From assembly GCA_963736855.1 (NCBI GenBank), contig CAVTQK010000015.1, positions 256,001 to 320,000 on the forward strand: a stretch of DNA of 64,000 nucleotides, given 5' to 3'. Positions 62,086-64,000 of the stretch are shown piece by piece. Both the position numbers and the translations under genes were made by a program. Every line of letters starts with the position of its first letter. The first letter of the stretch is position 1. The notes below the pieces were generated by a model that saw only the letters and a program-made list of their open reading frames with translations, had not been told where the DNA came from and did no database searches. This DNA comes from an uncultured delta proteobacterium (GTDB taxonomy: Bacteria; Desulfobacterota; Desulfobacteria; Desulfobacterales; UBA2156).

Positions 62086-62951
62086 TGCTCTCCTTTTCCG
62101 AGGATGCCGTGGGGTTTGAAGAACAGAAAGGAAATCAGCAGAACGGCGCCGACCATTTCGCGCCAACTGGCGCCCAGCAGAATCACCGCCGCCGATTCCG
62201 CCAATCCCAGGATCCATCCCGCTAAAATGACCCCGCGCATACGGCCGACACCCGCAAAAATGGTAATTGTGACGGCCAACAGGGTGACACCATGCCCGGT
62301 TGATGGATAGAGATAGTGTGTTGCGCCGTAAAGTGGTCCTGCCAGTCCGATGAGTACGGCCCCCAGGCTGAAGGCGACAGTCCCCATGGCCTTGGTATGG
62401 ATACCGGCAAGTGAGGCCGCTTCCTTGTCCTGGATGGTGGCTCTCAGCGCCTTGCCCAGGTAGGTGCGATTCATGAGCAGTGAGAGCAATCCGATTACAA
62501 CTAGGGATAGGAGAAGCAGTATGAGCTGGCTGTTACTGATGTAAGCGTCAAACAGAAAGAGCCCTTTTCCAAAGGCAGGTACCCGAATGAGCCGATAATC
62601 ACTGGAAAAAAGGAAGAGCATGGCGTTTTGAAGAAGAATGACAATGCCGAAGCTCAGTACAATGGAATTCAGTTCCCGTGGAGCGCTGAGTCGTGAAAAA
62701 AGGCGTTGGAGGACAAAGCAGGCGACGAGCATAACGATGACGGCGGCAGGGAATGTCATCAGAAAAGGGATGGACCATGTCTTCCAGAGCCAGTAGGCCG
62801 TGTAGCCTGCCAGCACCAGCAGTTCACCGTGCGCAAGATTGAAGTTACGGGTTACACCGTAAATTAAGGCGAATCCCAGAGCGATGAGGGTATAAAATGA
62901 ACCCAGGGAGATTCCCGAAACGAGTGCTGTGGTCCACATTATTACACTCAC
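62082..62951 (-). CDS. ABC permease, LivH-like
   Basis: GFALIYGV..FNLAHG, GKALRAT. Confidence 0.9.
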   Translation of the reverse strand: MSVIMWTTALVSGISLGSFYTLIALGFALIYGVTRNFNLAHGELLVLAGYTAYWLWKTWSIPFLMTFPAAVIVMLVACFVLQRLFSRLSAPRELNSIVLSFGIVILLQNAMLFLFSSDYRLIRVPAFGKGLFLFDAYISNSQLILLLLSLVVIGLLSLLMNRTYLGKALRATIQDKEAASLAGIHTKAMGTVAFSLGAVLIGLAGPLYGATHYLYPSTGHGVTLLAVTITIFAGVGRMRGVILAGWILGLAESAAVILLGASWREMVGAVLLISFLFFKPHGILGKGEQ

Positions 62952-63021
62952 TTTTGAGGGGCGGCTTGGTTTTTAAAGCATACAGACATGTTGCAGGTCA
63001 TAAGGTGTAGTAATATAAAGA

Positions 63022-64000
63022 TCATTTCCTTTGATCCCAGCCAGGCATGGGATAGATTGCCGTTGCGGTTGCTCGTTCCGGTGGATAGACCGCTTCGATT
63101 TTACCTTTCCGGATTTGAACAACCAAGTGATTGTAGTGTTTAGGGTCTCCCTCTGAGTCAAAGACCAGGCGTTCCATGGGAAGCGCCATGTCAATTTCAG
63201 AAAGCATCCGGCGAATATTATCGCCGGTGAGCGGCATATGGCGGTTCACGACTTCCCGGATGGCCCCAATCAGGGCCCGGGCGGAAGTGTAGCCGTGCAT
63301 GTTTGTTGTATTAGGCTGCCGGTCGAACATTCGGCGAAATCTTTGGACAAATGCATCTGACGTTTTTTCCGTACCCGGGAGCGTGAACTCCGGCGCCCAG
63401 GCGGATGTGCTGAACAAGTATTCAGCATCGTCACCCATTGCCTGCATAAAGCTTTCATATGCAATGCCGAAAGGGCCGATGTAGGCTTTGGGGCTTACCC
63501 TGTTTTCCTTGAGCTGGCGTATCAGCAATATGTGGTCCGGGGTGAAACCTCCGGAGATGATGACATCAATCTTCATACTGGCAAGCTTGCCGATCAGCGG
63601 TGTGAAATCGGGTGTGCCGGGACGAAATTTTTCCATGAGAGCCACGGTGATGCCGCGGGATTGGAGGCAGGCTTCCAGGTCCCGGGCAAGTTCCGTAGAT
63701 CCGGGGGTCGACGCGTGAATGATGGCCAGCCGTTCGGGGTGAAACTGTTCGGCAAGGGCGCCGCAGAGCGGTTCAACGAACCCCTGAAGCCTGGAAACCC
63801 TGAAAAAATAGGGGTTTTTATTCATTACCAGTTCTTTTTGGAGGCTCGCACTGGCCACATAGGGGGTCTTATACTTTCGGGCCACCTCGCTGATGGGTCC
63901 CACCAGGGAATCCACGTAACCACCTGTAATTGCTATTACTTCAATTTTACCGCATAATTCTTCAGCCCTGGAAATAGCCACATCCGGCAGGCTCTGATCA
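63022..64000 (-). CDS. Liv/HAAT-family substrate-binding protein, 5'-truncated by window edge
   Basis: Periplasmic binding fold motifs (NPYFFRV, DFTPLIGKL, FVQRF) upstream of livH-like gene. Confidence 0.85.
   Translation of the reverse strand, partial: DQSLPDVAISRAEELCGKIEVIAITGGYVDSLVGPISEVARKYKTPYVASASLQKELVMNKNPYFFRVSRLQGFVEPLCGALAEQFHPERLAIIHASTPGSTELARDLEACLQSRGITVALMEKFRPGTPDFTPLIGKLASMKIDVIISGGFTPDHILLIRQLKENRVSPKAYIGPFGIAYESFMQAMGDDAEYLFSTSAWAPEFTLPGTEKTSDAFVQRFRRMFDRQPNTTNMHGYTSARALIGAIREVVNRHMPLTGDNIRRMLSEIDMALPMERLVFDSEGDPKHYNHLVVQIRKGKIEAVYPPERATATAIYPMPGWDQRK

Noticed and set aside
1..64000. CRISPR array, tRNA, rRNA, integrase or prophage genes
   Set aside because: No regularly spaced repeats or recognisable signatures found by eye

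Overview
Bacterial chromosomal window. Gene content, sigma-54 usage and repeat types suggest a sulfate-reducer-like Desulfobacterota/Deltaproteobacterium (inference). About 1-42.3 kb is mostly core genome: radA, rlmE, yebC, nadA, lolA, a ZraS/ZraR-like two-component pair divergent from a DegP/DegQ protease, a membrane adenylate/guanylate cyclase, lgt, copA/copZ, a ZraP/Spy-like protein, dnaK-grpE, a long Alu-containing SRP RNA, tilS-ftsH-folP-ybbR, coaX, lysC, tsaE, nnr and pdxJ. Inside it sits a sigma-54-controlled amine catabolic block (PAS activator, Liv-type ABC transporter, GabT-like aminotransferase, aldehyde:ferredoxin oxidoreductase). About 42.4-64 kb is accessory and scarred by IS remnants. 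It holds a Pat-type lysine acetyltransferase, two acyl carrier proteins, a Na/K-ATPase-like P-type pump, an acs-pdhA-pdhB-pdhC-acp-ahpD operon with no E3 gene and about 10 single-base frameshifts, and a Liv transporter/ADP-forming acyl-CoA synthetase/two-thioesterase block. Best unannotated signals: a 41-aa ORF with an in-frame UGA followed by a SECIS-like hairpin (candidate small selenoprotein), a 174-bp palindrome enclosing a sigma-70-like promoter, five sigma-54 promoters with candidate enhancer palindromes, and a structured ~126-bp repeat family. No CRISPR array, rRNA or tRNA was seen. All calls are from motif recognition by eye; no database search was run.
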